Shown: positions 62,660 to 64,000 of the stretch, piece by piece
Position numbering within the stretch: the stretch's first letter is position 1
Layout of the letters: every line of letters starts with the position of its first letter
Origin: Psammoneis japonica
Lineage: Eukaryota
DNA: 64,000 bases
Direction of reading: 5' to 3'
Assembly (NCBI GenBank): GCA_008632985.1
Contig: QPGO01000072.1
Location: 310,001-374,000 of the forward strand
Translations under genes and position numbers: made by a program
Notes under the pieces: model-generated
Seen by the model: only the letters and a program-made list of their open reading frames with translations
Told to the model about the DNA's origin: nothing
The model's database searches: none

Positions 62660-64000
62660 TCCAGCTCTCTGGCGGCAGGCACTGGCAGTCATCATCGTCT
62701 GCGCAAATGTCGTGATGCCACGCACCACATTTCTTTGTGCACTGGAGCTCGTGCTGATTCTGTGCAATGCAATGTAAAATGCATGTCATGCTGTGCATGA
62801 AAAAAGCATGCCAGTGATTGATTCATGGCTCCCAATTGTGACGAACTCATTTCTCATGCACTCAGAAGGAGCCTTGTTGGAACGCCGCTTCCAATCAATT
62901 TTCACTTGTGGTGTGTCACATGCGCCCCTGTGCCCAGTGGTGTTCAATGCCATGCTGTGTCAACAAAAATGTTTGGGGAGCATTGGAAAAACAGTGGTGG
63001 CATTTGGGATCAAAATGCCACATTCACGCCACATTCAGTGCAAATGTGGCATTTGCACGGACAACCGACCAACTGCAAGGGACGGGTTCCAGCCCTGCTG
63101 GGTGGGACTCCATGTGACATTGGGCCATAGAATTCCACGTGCGAGCTCTGCAGCAAATTTGTTGAGCAATGGAAATGTGTGATCGCCAACAGAAAAAGAG
63201 GCAATTTTACGAATGCATCTCCTCTTTACACTTGGAGTGCATCATTGACAGTTTTCCCGGGCACATTCTGCAGACATTAAAGAACACACCCAGCGCATTT
63301 TCACTCTCATAAATGTTGAAAATGGCAAAGCCTTTGGCTTCACAAAACAGGGAGCATGAAACAATTTTGGAGAATGCAGCACGTAGAAATGTGCATGTGC
63401 GACATCCGACGCGATCCAAAAAACTGTTGATGTCACAGTGCAGCAGTGCGAGGTCCCACCTGGAGAGCTGGAACGCGTCAAGGACCAAAAAACCGTGTCT
63501 GCCCCCTCTGCTTTTTGGTGTCTTTGTAAAAGTTGATTTTGTTTCCAAAATCAATGGGTCATTCACCATGCGGTGCTTCTTGCATCTTCTGCCATTGTCA
63601 ATTGACATGTTTTCATGCCTGTGTTCACCAGAGTCATGGCTCTGAATGCCACAACTGGTGTCGCAAGAGGGGGCTTTTTTGCTCCAAGAGGACAGACCGG
63701 TCATCAGTGGAATTCTATGTGGAAATGCACCGAGAAATTTCCAAAGTTGTTTTTGCTCATTTGTGTCCATTGTCTCTTGCAATGGCAGCATGGCAAATCC
63801 ACAGCACACACTCATGTCAAATTGTGTGGGCCCACAAGCTGTGATTGATTGCTGTTTTGCTTTGTCTGGCTCTCCCCTTTTTGTGTTGTCTCTTGACTTG
63901 AAAAAGCGGCACAGATTCAAAATTGTGCCCATGAGTTTTAAAAATGTTTTGGTCATTTGTGGCTGGATGTGTGAATGATGTCACAAATGGAAGCATCTGG
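62660..64000. repeat. Start of another TpA-depleted repeat region (family unknown)
   Basis: Abrupt drop in TA after ~62645. Local homology of ~63080-63210 to ~8820-8960. Confidence 0.55.

Overview
Eukaryotic genomic DNA: genes carry short GT-AG introns, and the gene and transposon families look diatom-like (an inference, not a database result). Bases 1 to ~51.5k are a tandem array of three copies of a membrane-anchored protein-kinase-like gene. The copies are separated by a decayed ~9 kb, probably DIRS-like, element. Nested in the array are a Gypsy LTR retrotransposon, a non-autonomous Copia-like LTR element, a ~9.45 kb inverted dimer of a piggyBac-like transposon, a CRE/SLACS-type LINE fragment and a foldback MITE. 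From ~51.8k to 62.5k the DNA is ordinary genic sequence: an ABCG half-transporter, a Harbinger element nested in a MITE, an AAA/STAND-type ATPase and a three-box HMG protein. The main signal is that repeated DNA has been stripped of TpA dinucleotides by TA->TG and TA->CA changes, i.e. A-to-G at TpA on both strands. This turns nearly every Tyr codon into Cys or His and removes TAA/TAG stops, while neighbouring single-copy genes and young insertions are untouched. It looks like a repeat-targeted hypermutation (genome-defence) process running in the opposite direction to fungal RIP. Other notable points are three different intron states at one site among the kinase paralogues, a KolX/P2X7-tail-like accessory gene in the piggyBac element, and a putative half-tRNA primer site.
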